Of a stretch of DNA of 64,000 bases, positions 14,730 through 27,604 are shown one piece after another; position 1 is the stretch's first letter, and each line of letters starts with the position of its first letter. The position numbers and the translations under genes are program-made. The stretch is from Octopus sinensis (Eukaryota). Where the stretch lies: positions 103,106,001 to 103,170,000 of the forward strand of contig NC_043006.1 of NCBI RefSeq assembly GCF_006345805.1, written 5' to 3'. The notes beneath the pieces are model-generated. The model was not told where the DNA came from. It ran no database searches and was given only the letters and a program-made list of their open reading frames with translations.

Positions 14730-14939
14730 CTTCGTATTGTAGGCACAAGGCCTGAAATTTTGGGTAAAAGTGCTAGTCAATTTCATCGGCCCTATACTCA
14801 ACTTGTACTTAATTTGTCGACCCTGAAAGGATGGAAGGCAATGTCGACCTCAGTGGAATTTGAACTCATAACTTAGTGATAGGTGAAATACCGCTAAGCA
14901 TTTCGCCCGGCGCGCTAACGACTCTGCCATCTCCCCGCT

Positions 14940-14940
<1 letters not shown>
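14730..14940 (-). mobile_element. SINE family A copy adjacent to (AAT)n array 14941-15015
   Basis: Reverse complement of the family A head and core. Confidence 0.8.
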
Positions 14941-15015
<75 letters not shown>

Positions 15016-16129
15016 GAAAAAGAAGAAGAAGAAGGTTGAGCACCAGCCTTGACAGCGGCTGGACGTGTTCCTCACTGCTCTGACAGTTCGGTGGCCGAAA
15101 GCCATAGAAACACTAATATGGGCCAGTTTAGCAACGGAGAAAAATAACTCTCAAAGACTGGAACATCTACAATACCTCGTGAGTATTTGAAATTCTCTTC
15201 AAAGTGGGTTAAGAAATTTACAAATTTACATATCTGCAGCTTTCAAACATACATCCGATCGGCTTTAAAGTCTTTTATATCCACAACTGCCTCTGTAAGC
15301 ACCCCCCTTTTTTTTTCTTCTCTCTAAAAACATCACGCTTTTCTTTTTGTGGACTTACAAAACCCTAAAACTTTCTATGAAAATCTGACTTTTCTTTGCT
15401 TCCTCCCAGAATATTCAAATATAAATGTAAACATATACTTTTTATTGCAAAAACACACCTGTTCTTCTAACTGGACATACAAACATCTCTAGAAAAGTCA
15501 ACTTCAACCTCCACAATATTACCTTACACGAAATATACAAACACTTTTTATTGCAATAACACAAACGCACATAGAATAAAAAAAAATGATGATGCTAAGA
15601 TTCTCTCTGGTCGAACACAACTTCTCTATTCACAAACAATACAGAACAGCTCTTCCTTAATTTTTCTTAAGGCTAATAGTAGTAAACATCTGAACTCTTT
15701 TTGACCCCACCTAAAAAAAAAAAAAAATATCACTGGTGGTGATGGTGATGATGGTGATGATGATAATAATGATAGTAATAGTGCTGATAATCTATCTATC
15801 TACACACACACACACACTCAAAGAGTTCAACCAACACAAACCTCACCTCTATTGTTAACCAAATATGAAAGTATTATTTGACAGGCAAGAACTCTGGCAT
15901 TGAAGACAGTCAGCCAGCCAACCACCAAGCCAGCCAACGAGACAGACAGACACTACTGTGATGGTGATAAGGATAAAAAAACAAAAATAACAATAATAAG
16001 ATACTGCTGTGACTACACATAAAACAATATCATTGATGATGATGATGGTGATGGTGATGGTGATGATGATAATGATGATGGTAATGGTGGTGATAATGAT
16101 GACAGTGATGGTAATGGTGAAGATAATAA

Positions 16130-19100
16130 CAATAAGAAGCCGACTACGGCTGCTATAATGGTACGATTATAATTGTAACGGCAATGATGGCCGTCTCCCC
16201 ACGAGCCAACCAAAGCTAAAAAATGATAACATTATCGTAGCACCAAAATGTTTTTGGAAACTAAAAGGAAAACTAAATCAGTATACCAAATCGCTTGTCC
16301 TATTGTTAATCTGGAAGCGCGTCCCCCAGGGAAGAGCCAGCCTGGGATCAAAAAGTCATCAACTGGCACAAACCCTTCTCCGAATACGGACATGGATGGT
16401 CACTTGAACGGGAAATCCCCCAACTCGAGCCCTCCAAGTTCACCACCACAACCACCACAGAAAGAAAAATGTAAGCGGAACAAATGGACCCGAGAAGAGT
16501 ATAAAGAAGTAATATACGCTTATTACTATGCATTAGGTAAGCCATCTCAAGAGAGACACACCGCAAACTCTTACAGTATATGGATAACACGGAATCAAGA
16601 CAGTAGACCCTATTTGGCCGAGAACAAATTAGCAAATGTGAGGAGGGATATCCTTAGAAATAACAGACTCACAGACAGTGAAATAAGCGCGATCAAGCAC
16701 GCAACGGAAAATGACATAAATATAGCCCGCCACGAGGCTTAATTGAAAGACTGCCATCTGACCAAAGTACGCAAAGGCCTGAAGATACAAGAAATTCTAT
16801 TGTACCTGTTAAAGATAGCCAGGAAAACGAAAAAACAGTAACTGAAGATCTCGCATTTGCTGAAGAACACAGAGATTCTATGGCAGAAATGAGGCAGAAA
16901 ATCCTGAATACACTTGAAGTTGTAAGACATACAAGTATGAATGATAGAGAACCACTTCATAAACTCTCAAATACAAACCAAAATAAAAAACAAATCCAAA
17001 TTGGCAACTATGTAACAAATGAAATAATACGAGAATTTAAACCTGATTTTACTGAGTTAAATGAAATTATTTACGCTTCTGCTAGGGCAATTGCAACCAG
17101 CCGTATGCCCCCGAAAAAACAAAGAAAACCAAACCTGGGAAGAAATCAAACCTGGAGAAGTAAAATTGAAAAAGAGATTGAATTTATGAGAGGGGAAATA
17201 TCAATATTAAATGAACTAATATGTGGAAATGATGTAAGATCCAGAACAGGAAGAAAGATGAAGAGAAAATTTGGATCCTCACCAAGAGAAGAACAGATAT
17301 CAATAAAAGAAACGCTGAAACAAAAAGTCCAAGCAAAAGCCCAAAGAATACGAAGATTTGAGAAGAGAAACAAGTTTTACAAGCAAAATAAGCTGTTCAC
17401 ATCCAATGCCAAAAAATTCTACAGAGAAACAGGGAAGGAGAAAGTAACCGTTAAAGACCCCCCTCCCATGGAAGAAGTTCAAAACTTTTGGAAAAGTATT
17501 TGGAGTGACAAGAAGACGTACAACATAAATGCAGACTGGATTATACAAACTGAAGGATTCTATCAAAATTTACAACAAGCATGTGAAAACATCACAATAG
17601 CAGACCTAGGAAAGGCACTCACGAAGGCCCATAATTGGAAATCCCCCGGTAAAGATAGGGTGCCGAATTTCTGGCTCGCATCGCTCCCATGCGCACACGG
17701 TAAGCTAGTTCAGCTGCTCAATGGAATTATGAGAGACCCAAAGAAAACACCTGAATGGTTAGCAAGTGGCATTACTTACCTACTCCCAAAGAATAACGAA
17801 ACCAACCTTCCAAAAAATTATCGGCCTATAACCTGTCTATCCTGGCGGAGAAAACATATGCATTCATGGAGAAGAACGATATTTTCCGCATTGAACAAAA
17901 AGGGTGCCGCCGAGGCTCTTACGGATGCAAAGATCAACTGCTAATCAATCGTATGATCCTTGAGAACTGTCACAACAAGCGCAGAAATCTCAGCACCGCA
18001 TGGATTGACTATAAAAAGGCCTTCGACAGTATACCGCATCCATGGATCTTGAGATCGCTGGACATCTTCAAAATTTCCCCTGTGATTTCAAACTTCCTGA
18101 AGCACAATATCTCGTTGTGGAATACGAATCTCCAATTATACCACTCTAATGGAGTACTTGCCTCAGAAAATATAAACATCAACTGTGGAATTTTTCAAGG
18201 TGACTCACTTTGACCTTTAATATTCTGCATAGCCCTAATACCCCTTACAAGTGAATTAAACAGAACAGGGTATGGGTATAAAATTGCCAATAAAAAAATA
18301 AGCCATCTATTTTATATGGATGACTTAAAACTTTATGGTAAAGACAATAATGAACTTGAAGGCCTATTGCGCACCGTGAAAGCATTCAGCGATGACATCG
18401 GGATGGAGTTTGGACTTGAGAAGTGTGCCAAGGCCACTTTCCAGAAAGGGAAAGTGAAGACCACAAATTCAGTCGTGTTAGATGTTGACACAGTCATAAG
18501 AGAGCTTGACCAAGAACAAACATACAAATATTTAGGGATAAATGAAGGCTCTGGTATTCAGCATGCAAGCATGAAAGAGAAGATCAGGAAGGAATGTTAT
18601 AGGGGAGTTCGTGCAGTCCTGAAATCTGAACTAAATGCACGTAACAAGGTGTTAGCTATAAATTCCTTAGCAGTTCCAGTTGTTACTTATAGCTACAATA
18701 TGTTGAACTGGAATATGAGTGAAGTAAAGAATATAGATAGAAAAATACGCAAGCTGCTGAGTTGTAATAGGATGCACCACCCAAAGGCAGACGTAGATCG
18801 CCTTTACCTTCCCAGAGCCCAAGGAGGTCGAGGCCTGATCCAATTTGAACTAGCTTACAAAACAACCACAATTGGACTGGCCAGATATCTAGAAATATCG
18901 AATGACTGGATGCTAAAGCTCGTGGAAAATCACGAGAGACGAAAGAAGCTTCATTCTATCATAAAAGAAAGCCAAAAAATTGCTATTGATCTCGTGCAGG
19001 ATACCCAAACAGAACAACCCGAGGGAAGTACGGCAATTATTGTTGCAAAGAAGGTGAAAATAATGGCAACGAAAAAAGCGCACGAGCAATTGGCTGATAG

Positions 19101-20042
19101 GTGGGAGGAGAAACCTCTGCACGGCAAATATGTGACCCGCAGCAAACAAGCTGATGTTGACCAGAAGCAAATCCATCAGTGGCTACGGAGCTCAGGGCTA
19201 AAAGCAGAGAGCGAAGGTTTCATCCTGACTGCTCAAGATCAAAGCCTATTAACCCGGAACTACCAGGCCAATGTGATGAAAAATGGAGCAGACCCAAAAT
19301 GCCGATTCTGCAACGACATGATTGAAACAGTGGACCACCTAATCTCTGGATGTAAAGTCTTAGCTCCAGTGGAGTATAAATTAAGACATGACAGAGTTGG
19401 CCAATATCTACACTGGTTAATAAATCGGCATTACAATATCAAAACTGCCGACAAGTGGTATAATCACCACCCTGAGGCTGTAACTGAAGGAGAAAATGTA
19501 ACCATTCTGTGGGACTTTCCAGTACATACAGACCGAACCATCAAGGCCAATAAACCAGATATCGTTGTGAAAGACCAAAACAATAAAGTTTGCTTATTGA
19601 TCGACATGAGCATCCCCTGTGATCATAATATCTCAGCGAAAGAGTTTGACAAGCTCAGAAAATATAAAGACCTACTCATTGAAATTGAGAAAATGTGGCA
19701 TCTCAAGGCGGTTACAATACCAGTGATCGTAGGAGCACTAGGAATGATCAAGAAGGGAACCGAAAATTATATGAGAATGATCCCTGGCTTACCATCCCTG
19801 CAAGAAATGCAAAAGATTGTCTTAACTGGTACATCACACGTATTGAGAAGAGCATTGTCGATGTGAGAACTGTTGCTGCTCATGTATTTTAATTTAACTT
19901 AAAAATTAAAAAAAAAAAAAATGAAGGAACTATTGAGTTTGGTTTAATGGCCTACTAATGTATACTATGAGTTTCTTTGCCCTAGGAGTCGGGAAGACAC
20001 TCGGCAAGAAATGGAAGCAAATTTGAAAGAAGAAAAAAAAAG
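16130..20042 (+). mobile_element. Near-full-length R4/Dong-clade non-LTR retrotransposon (RT plus C-terminal RLE endonuclease)
   Basis: N-terminal KWTREEYKEVIYAYY motif; RT motifs KSPGKD, NYRPITCL, AWIDYKKAFDS, GIFQGDSL, HLFYMDDLKLY, YKYLG; CCHC knuckle CRFC..ETVDHLISGC; RHD; KPDIVV..LIDMSIP (PD-D/E nuclease); 3' UTR ends in an A-run then (TAA)n at ~20043. The 5' boundary is uncertain. Confidence 0.9.
16392..19866 (+). pseudogene. Disrupted single ORF of the Dong/R4 element
   Basis: Split into 16248-16742, 16880-17944, 17866-18213 and 18316-19866 by frameshifts, an apparent deletion after NYRPITCLS, and a TGA at 18211-18213 inside QGDSL*PL. Confidence 0.85.
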
Positions 20043-20079
20043 TAATAATAATAATAATAATAATGATAATACTAATAAT

Positions 20080-20225
20080 CATAGAAGACATCAAGAGGAA
20101 TATCAAGAAAATTAGAATAGAACTTTTTCAAAAGGCTTACCTCCTTGGCCCGGCCAGAATAATCAGGAAAGCATTAGATAGTTGAAAAGATTGCTTGGCA
20201 TGGTACCGTATGCTGCAGGTTGTAA
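20080..20225 (+). mobile_element. Short 3' fragment of another Dong-like LINE inserted in the (TAA)n tail
   Basis: Translates IKKIRIELFQKAYLLGPARIIRKALDS*, matching the Dong C-terminus (QK..LLGTARI.R..L); followed by taaataatagtaataat. Confidence 0.7.
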
Positions 20226-20792
20226 GCCTGCTACGCATGCAAGATTCCAAGAATTCCAACAAAACCTGTGATAAAAGTAAATAATAGTAATAATTGTTTC
20301 AAATTTTGCATAGGGCTAGTTATTTTGGGTTAGGGGACAAGTCGATAGCATCAACCGCAGGGTTCAGCTGGTACTTATTCTCTCGACCCCAATAGGATGA
20401 AAGGCAAAGTCAATTCCGATGTGACCGACTTGATCCTTAATCCTTTCGGGATATATAAAATAAGTATACTAGTTGAATAATGGGGTCGCTGTAATCGACT
20501 TACACACTTTCCCAGAAATTGCTAGCCTTGTGTCACAATTTGGAACTATCATTACTGACGCGGTGACCAAGAAGATTCGTGTGCGCATCAGGCAAATTCG
20601 TTAACGGTATTTCATCTATCTCTACCTTCTCAGCTTAAATTCTGCCCAGGTCCAGAGCACTAGCGATGCAATGCCGTTACTAATTCCTCTCAAAATTCTA
20701 GTCCTTAAGCTTAAATCACAAATAATTATAATTAGTATTCCCTACTTTTCTGGCAATCCTCTCCTCCCTCATTTATCCTTCTTTTCGGTTTC

Positions 20793-20830
<38 letters not shown>

Positions 20831-20854
20831 ACGCACGCACGCATACACGCATTC

Positions 20855-21497
20855 GTGTGTACAGTGGGGTCTAGCAAGAAATTTGAAGAGATTGTAAATA
20901 AGGATGCCAAAGGAACGCAATCTAGGCACCGTAGTAAGCGCTGGAATACTATACAAATAGCTTATAAGACGTACAAAAAGAACACGTGGAACAATGCCGA
21001 CAAGTTCCAAGGGGTGATGTATGTAGACGCCACACCACACGGGGAACTAACCCATATAATTAGAAAAATCCTGAATGATACTATGTTGAACATAAAAGTC
21101 ATGGAAAAAACTTGGGAGATCCATCAGGTCAGTAATATGCAAAACATACCCCTTCAGAAAGACCACGTGTGTAAAGGAGAACTGTGTAGTGTACAAATAT
21201 ACCCCTAAAATCAACTGCATAACCAGAAATGTAGTTTACCAAATAAACTGCATAGATGATGATTGTAAATACCGGAAGAATGCATACGTAGGTGAAACGG
21301 CGAGAAGTTTGGCTGAGCGTATAAATGAACATTGGAGGGACTACTTGGATCAAAGACAAGACACGATGCTCTATCAGCATTTCAAAGAACAACATGGTGG
21401 TGTGCTCGACTGGATTAACATAGAAATCATGTCTAGACACCTGGACGACGCAGCGCAACGACAGATACGAGAATCAGTCTTCATAAACGAAACATGA
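20855..21497 (+). pseudogene. Penelope-like element fragment: post-RT linker plus GIY-YIG endonuclease, one frameshift
   Basis: GVMYVDATPHGEL..IKVMEKT, then C..NVVYQINC..C..AYVGETARSLAERINEH..H..H..RQIRESVFI; flanked by CA-rich repeats on both sides. Confidence 0.85.
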
Positions 21498-21972
21498 CCA
21501 CACACACGCACACACACACACATGAAAGGACAAACAAGGACACATACATGCCTTCACGTCCACACGGAAACATACACATAAGCATACGCACAAACGGAAA
21601 CATGCATACAGAAGTACACACGTACACACAAGCACACACGAACACACACATACACACGAACACACACATACACACGAACACACACACAGACACACATCAA
21701 AATGAGACACTAATACAGACACATGCTCATACACACATACACGCAAACACAGACACACGCTCGTACACATATAACCTCCCATACACACACGGACAGACGT
21801 GCATGCATGCACAGGCTCATACTCACGCACAGATACACATCAGTTTATTTTATCATTTATCAAACAAAGAAGACGGTTTAACTGTCTTTGAGAGAAACGT
21901 TATTTGGATGAAGGTGTGCGTTTACGAAGAAAACAGAGAAAACCAAAACCGCTATCTTATGTATATAAAAAA

Positions 21973-22351
21973 CTAGCAGTATCGCCCGGCGTTGCTCGGG
22001 TTTGTAAGGGAAATAACTATATAAGCATTTTTAGAGATGTAAAGTATAATAGCCATCTCAATATGGCTAACCACAAAGAGGGGGGTGTCACTGTAGCTTT
22101 TTACGTTCTTTAGAGAGTTACTTCCCTTACATATGCCAAAAATGCATTAAAAATGGGGAAAATTTATGGTAAATTATTTTTAAAATCGTAGACTCATCGT
22201 AGACGCGCGCTAATACCCAGAATGGCTCGATATGAATCACGACTATAAGATACCCGGTTTTGGTTAAACTGCTCCGCAAAATGTGGGAGTAGTTAGGAAT
22301 CTAAATCGTAGGAGACAGACAGACACACAACCTCTCTTTTATATATAAAGA
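21973..22351 (-). mobile_element. Non-autonomous Helitron
   Basis: On the minus strand: A|TC start, hairpin cccgagcaacgccggg, CTAG|T end; homologous to 39869-40221. Confidence 0.85.
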
Positions 22352-22510
22352 TGACAAGTCGGTATTTAAAACTCACACACAGACATACAGATGCACACAC
22401 ATATGTGTAAACACACACACACACAGGCATACAGAGACTCAAGTACTCAGCGTTCGGACAAATCCCAACGCTGGAACATAAGTTCAAAAGAAATGGAAGT
22501 AGAGAGACGT

Positions 22511-22554
22511 GTTACTGAAGAGATTGCAACGATGCGATGAAATAATTAATTGAC
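22511..22554 (+). ncRNA. Degenerate minimal hammerhead-ribozyme-like motif
   Basis: GTTA-CTGAAGA-G-ATTGC-aacgat-GCGAT-GAAA-TAATTA-AT-TGAC; core intact, cleavage-site U replaced by A. Confidence 0.5.
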
Positions 22555-22677
22555 GAAGACTGAGAAGGAAACAACAACACGAGCACAACCGAACCAGAGA
22601 GTGTTTAATATTACTGGCATAACGCCCCTCTCAAGGTTCAATAGTATATATATATATATATATTATATATATATATA

Positions 22678-22737
<60 letters not shown>

Positions 22738-22742
22738 TATAT

Positions 22743-22843
<101 letters not shown>

Positions 22844-22889
22844 ATAGGGTATATATATATATATATTATATATATATAGGGTATATATA

Positions 22890-23994
22890 TAGGGTGCAAT
22901 AGGTAAATTCTCGCAGTTTTATATTTTCAATTTCGCGCATGCACATGGTTTGTTTTTATTTTGTCGACTACACAGTATAGTAGGGTCAGTTGGACACCGT
23001 CTGTGATAAAAACAACACCATTTCGCAATTCACTCTGCTAGAAATTTGGAGACGACATACTGTACTGCTTGGCATTCATGCCGGAAGATCCAATACGAAT
23101 ATTTCAGTGTGTTTTGGTGTCACTGTGAAGACATTGACTGAGAGGAATAAAAATCAACATCCAGTCAACATGATATTTGGAATGGTCACTAGTGATGGCG
23201 ACATTATACCTCTATACATCTTCCCACACGGCTTCAGACTCAATACGGAGGCCTACATCAAGTGTCTGGTGGAGATAGTGCTGGTCTGGTTCAAAATGGT
23301 GGCTGCTGGAAGAACCTGTGTCTGGCAACAGGACTATGCATCATGCCACGAAAGCAGGAGAACCCAATCATCACTCTCAGACAATTTCTTCTTTATTACC
23401 CACAAAGGGCTAAACATAGAGGGGACAAACAAGGATAGACAAAGGAATTACGTTGATTACATCGACCCTTGTGCGTAACTGGTACTTAATTTATCGACCC
23501 CAAAAGGATGAAAGCAAAGTCGACATCGGCGGAATTTGAACTCAGAACGTAATGGCAGACGAAATACCACCAATTATTTCGCTCGGCGTGCTAACGACTC
23601 TGCCAGCTCCTGCAACCACTTCACCCCTACCATCTGGCCACCTAACTCCCCAAACTGAAACTCCCCTTGATTAATATGTGTGGGGTGCAGCTGCGCGAGA
23701 GACCAACGAAACTCCTTGTAACACTAAGGATGAACTGAAAGCAAGGATTATGGCAGCTTTCACCAAATTACACAAGTAGCCCGCCCAGAGGAATTGCAGA
23801 CGATTCCAAAGTAGTCTGGAGGCCGTGGTTGAAGCCAATGGCAATTTTATTGAATAAATTTAGCATGTTATCGAATGAATTTAGCATTTCAAGATATATT
23901 TATGTAGTTTTGGTAAATATATCTGTTAAAATAAGATGTCAATTTTATTTTCATTTTTGTGTAACTTAGGCGAATGTTCATTCTCTGAACCCTG
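22890..23994 (+). mobile_element. Internally deleted Tc1/mariner DD37D (maT) transposon, interrupted by a SINE
   Basis: N-terminal HTH-like segment fused directly to HPV.MIFGMVTSDG..VWQQD; after removing the SINE there are 37 codons to the third D (WPPNSP..NPLD); C-terminus RLEAVVEANG..IE* at 23857; TA-flanked imperfect ends (t/c)agggt. Confidence 0.85.
23389..23610 (-). mobile_element. SINE family A inserted in the maT transposase
   Basis: Reverse complement of a full family A monomer; the transposase frame resumes at 23611. Confidence 0.85.
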
Positions 23995-24751
23995 TATATA
24001 TATAGTTAATCATTGCAGGCATGAAGTATATTCGATCCATCATAGCCAAATTTAAATTAACAGTTCAACAGAACTTTTCTCACTGTGGAACAATGGTTTT
24101 TCTCTGACAGCTGTTTTACATTTGCCAGATTGCCTTAGATAAGCCGAAATAGTGTCGTCAGCACTTGACCCTTATAATCTCTTCTACTTCACCAAAAGCT
24201 AGAATAGAGATATCACAGTACCACCAACGAAGCCCATTGTTCTCAATGATATGTCTATCCTTCCGGATAGTTATAAAAGCAGAAACCCCAAGCAAAAAGA
24301 TAGTTCAGTCACTTGGTGATGACTCAACCATTTAGTCACTTCTGTGACAACTCAGTGAGAACGAGGACTGGCTCAGCAGCTAGAACTTTGCTCGGAGGGA
24401 GAAATGAAGTTTATTGTCAGTTTATTGTCCCACAACCCTACAACTCCCACTAGCTCTAATCATATTTCCTTACAACATAATTCTATCTCCCTCCGTAATT
24501 ACTACTAAACAATGAAGAGAACACAAACACAAACTTTACTTCGCATGCTTTTGGATTTATCATAACCTGCTCGCCGAGGCAAGGTAATGTAACGTAACGG
24601 TAAATAAATGTTCATCTTTCACATCCTACAACTTACCGTTATAACAACTAATTTTTATCGTTACAACTGCTGACTCCAACATTTCATAATACTGTGTACC
24701 TAATCAATCTCACCCGAAGACAGGTGTATAAATAACAAACAGGTGTATTAG

Positions 24752-24798
<47 letters not shown>

Positions 24799-25767
24799 AT
24801 ATTGGTAAAAACGGTAAGATAACAAAAGAAAGAAAGAGACCTCAATATTATGTAAATAGAGGAAATTTATACGCACATATATGGGCGTGTGTGTGTGTGT
24901 GCGTGCATAAGGGCACGTCCGTATATGAACGTGGTTTTACGCTTTGTATACTTCCTTATGTTTTTTTCTGTTTTGTTGCTTTTTTTCTGTATTGTTACCT
25001 TTAATCATGTTTTTTTCTTGTGCTTGTGCGTATATAAACGTATGTATGAACATTTACGGTGCGCGTGTGTATGAGTTTGTATATATATGTGTATACATTT
25101 GGCGAAAAATGCGAGTGAAGATGTGTACGTTTTCATAGTGACGTATACGTACGCACGTGTATGCGTATGAGTAGGCATGCTTACGTGTTTACTATGAACT
25201 TTTAACCTTATTTTAATTAGCGGTCATTGGATTAGCGCTTTTATATAAGTAGCGGAATTATAACGGTCTTTTTTCATAGCGTTTTTCAGATGGCCAGATA
25301 ACCTCTTCATGAGGATTACGCATGTCTGGAATATTCAACCACTTACACGCTAATTCATTCAGTAAGTAGTTCAGTTGATTCGAACAACGGAGAGAATCAA
25401 CATAGAAACAGATCGAAACCCATTTCATACTTTCGCTAAGTGTGAAATGATTAAGTCGAATCGTACACTTTCCCTTGTGGTCGCAGTTATTATGAGATAA
25501 TCAATGCTTTATAATATTTGGTGCAATAAGTTTGAAATTGAAATTAAGGAATTATAAGGGAAATGATTCATAGAATTCACATATGTATTTGTTTGTTTAC
25601 TTAAGATGTTCTTAAAGATTCTAGTCGGTTGTAACCATGCATAATACTATTTCTTTCTTTTTAAAACTAATCAGTATTTTATTACAAGTATAAGCATAAA
25701 TGCTTAGTATATGTGTAAAAATATCCAGATAAAATAATAATTTTCATTTAAAATTTTAAGAGATAAT

Positions 25768-26110
25768 CTGAGACCCCCCTCGGTCACGACAGAGACCATG
25801 GGGCTGCACCTAGAAAGTTATCCTCCCAGGCACAAGTCTGGGCAGGGTTTTTTTATGGAAGACCAGCAGTCGCCCATGTATACCGGCCTCCCCTCTCCCT
25901 ACCACTGATGTTATCCAAGGGAAAGGCAAAGGGGCCGATACAGCTTGGCACATGTAATGTCGCAACTCATTTCTACAGCTGAGTGAACTGGAGCAACGTG
26001 AACTAAAGTGTCTTGCTCAAGAACACAACACGCAGCCCGGTCCGGGATTCGAGGTCACAACCTCACGATCGTAAGCTCGACGCTCTAACCACTGAGCCAT
26101 GCGCCTTCAC
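25768..26110 (-). mobile_element. SINE family C with 10-bp TSD
   Basis: aagagataat at 25758-25767 and 26111-26120; tRNA-like head at the right end. Confidence 0.9.
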
Positions 26111-26778
26111 AAGAGATAATATATGCTATTAAATATGCGTATTGTACTCAGCATGCAAAGGTACATTTTACAATGAAATGCATTTTACAATAAGCCTTTC
26201 GTAGTTCCTATTATTTATGTGTGCTATTCATTGCGCAATGTCGTATTGTACAGATAATTATATTTTACGAAATAGAGTCAGTATTATAATGAGTGAAAGC
26301 ATGGTTACAAAAATCGATATTGCATAAAATATATAAATTAGTTGCCTAAGTGTGTAACTCCGGTTTTATGATAATGTTAGGTAACATCGAAGGGGTGGGG
26401 GTGTTAATTTGAGCTGAGGAGTTATAAGTATAGTATTATATAGTATAAAAATAATAATACTAATAAAAAATATTTTATCGTTGTGGTGAACGATAATTGA
26501 ATAGATTAACAGCGCTTCTAGACGTTTTCTGAAGGAGACTGTTACGTAACACTTAAGAAAATTGATGAATAATATCGTAGGTTGTGATAAATTAACTCAT
26601 TTTTTAAATATTAGATTGTTATTTAGCTTTGAAAGAGAAGAAAAACGTTATTAACAACTGTAAATTAAAATCTAGTATGTTGAGAACCAGATTGAATTAA
26701 TGGTTATATATGGTATTAATGTATAAAGTGTGATTCCTAATAATGATAACAGAGTGGTACACACACACACACACACAC

Positions 26779-26850
<72 letters not shown>

Positions 26851-27213
26851 GTATTACCGACCGCACATATTCAGTGTGTTTTGCTTGTTCGCTACTCCGA
26901 TGCAATATAGCGCATTGGGGATAATTTCTTCATACCAGTGGATGTTAAAACATCTGAATTTCATAGATAAGCGAGTCAACTAGCCCCCAGTCCCATTTAG
27001 GAGCGATCGATAACGATATTTCACCATTTCTCTGGCTTATCAAAATCACGTACCCGAATCAAACTGGGGACGAACTGAAAAGCTGATCTATGACTATATA
27101 CAAATACCGTAAGAACCATTTGCTGCTATGACACGACGATGCATACGTAAGGTTATAATATATATGTATACACAAACATATCAATGTATGTATTCGTATA
27201 TGTATATACATAT

Positions 27214-27280
<67 letters not shown>

Positions 27281-27289
27281 ACAATTATA

Positions 27290-27346
27290 GAGCTGACGAA
27301 AGAAATGCTGAGTTTATTTGGCTAAACTAGAAACGTTAACGTTCTC
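27290..27346 (+). ncRNA. Hammerhead-ribozyme-like motif at the start of a TA-flanked element (27280-27531)
   Basis: GAG-CTGACGA-...(AGTTTA/TAAACT hairpin)...-GAAA-CGTTAACG-TT-CTC; intact core, palindromic helix III, imperfect base of helix II. Confidence 0.55.
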
Positions 27347-27563
27347 AAATAATCTTTGTACTTGTGATATTTTTCTGTTTTTACCTCCATACCTTCGTGA
27401 GTTATTTTGAGTAAACATTATCTGAGAGAAATTTTCTTTAAGTAGTGGAAATAGCTAAAATACTTTTTTGGCTGCTATTTCTAGAAAGTTCAGTATGTGG
27501 CAAAGTAATTTATTTTACTAAGCCCTAATTATATAATATATATATATATCTATATATACGTAC

Positions 27564-27602
<39 letters not shown>

Positions 27603-27604
<2 letters not shown>

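Noticed and set aside
16130-16390. Possible HDV-like ribozyme in the Dong 5' region
   Set aside because: I could not build a consistent P1-P2-P3-P1.1 pseudoknot by eye; a descriptor search would be needed.
24100-24165. gcc-ttagataa-gcc-GAAA-tagtgtc-gtcag resembling a hammerhead 3' half
   Set aside because: No recognisable core in the right position.
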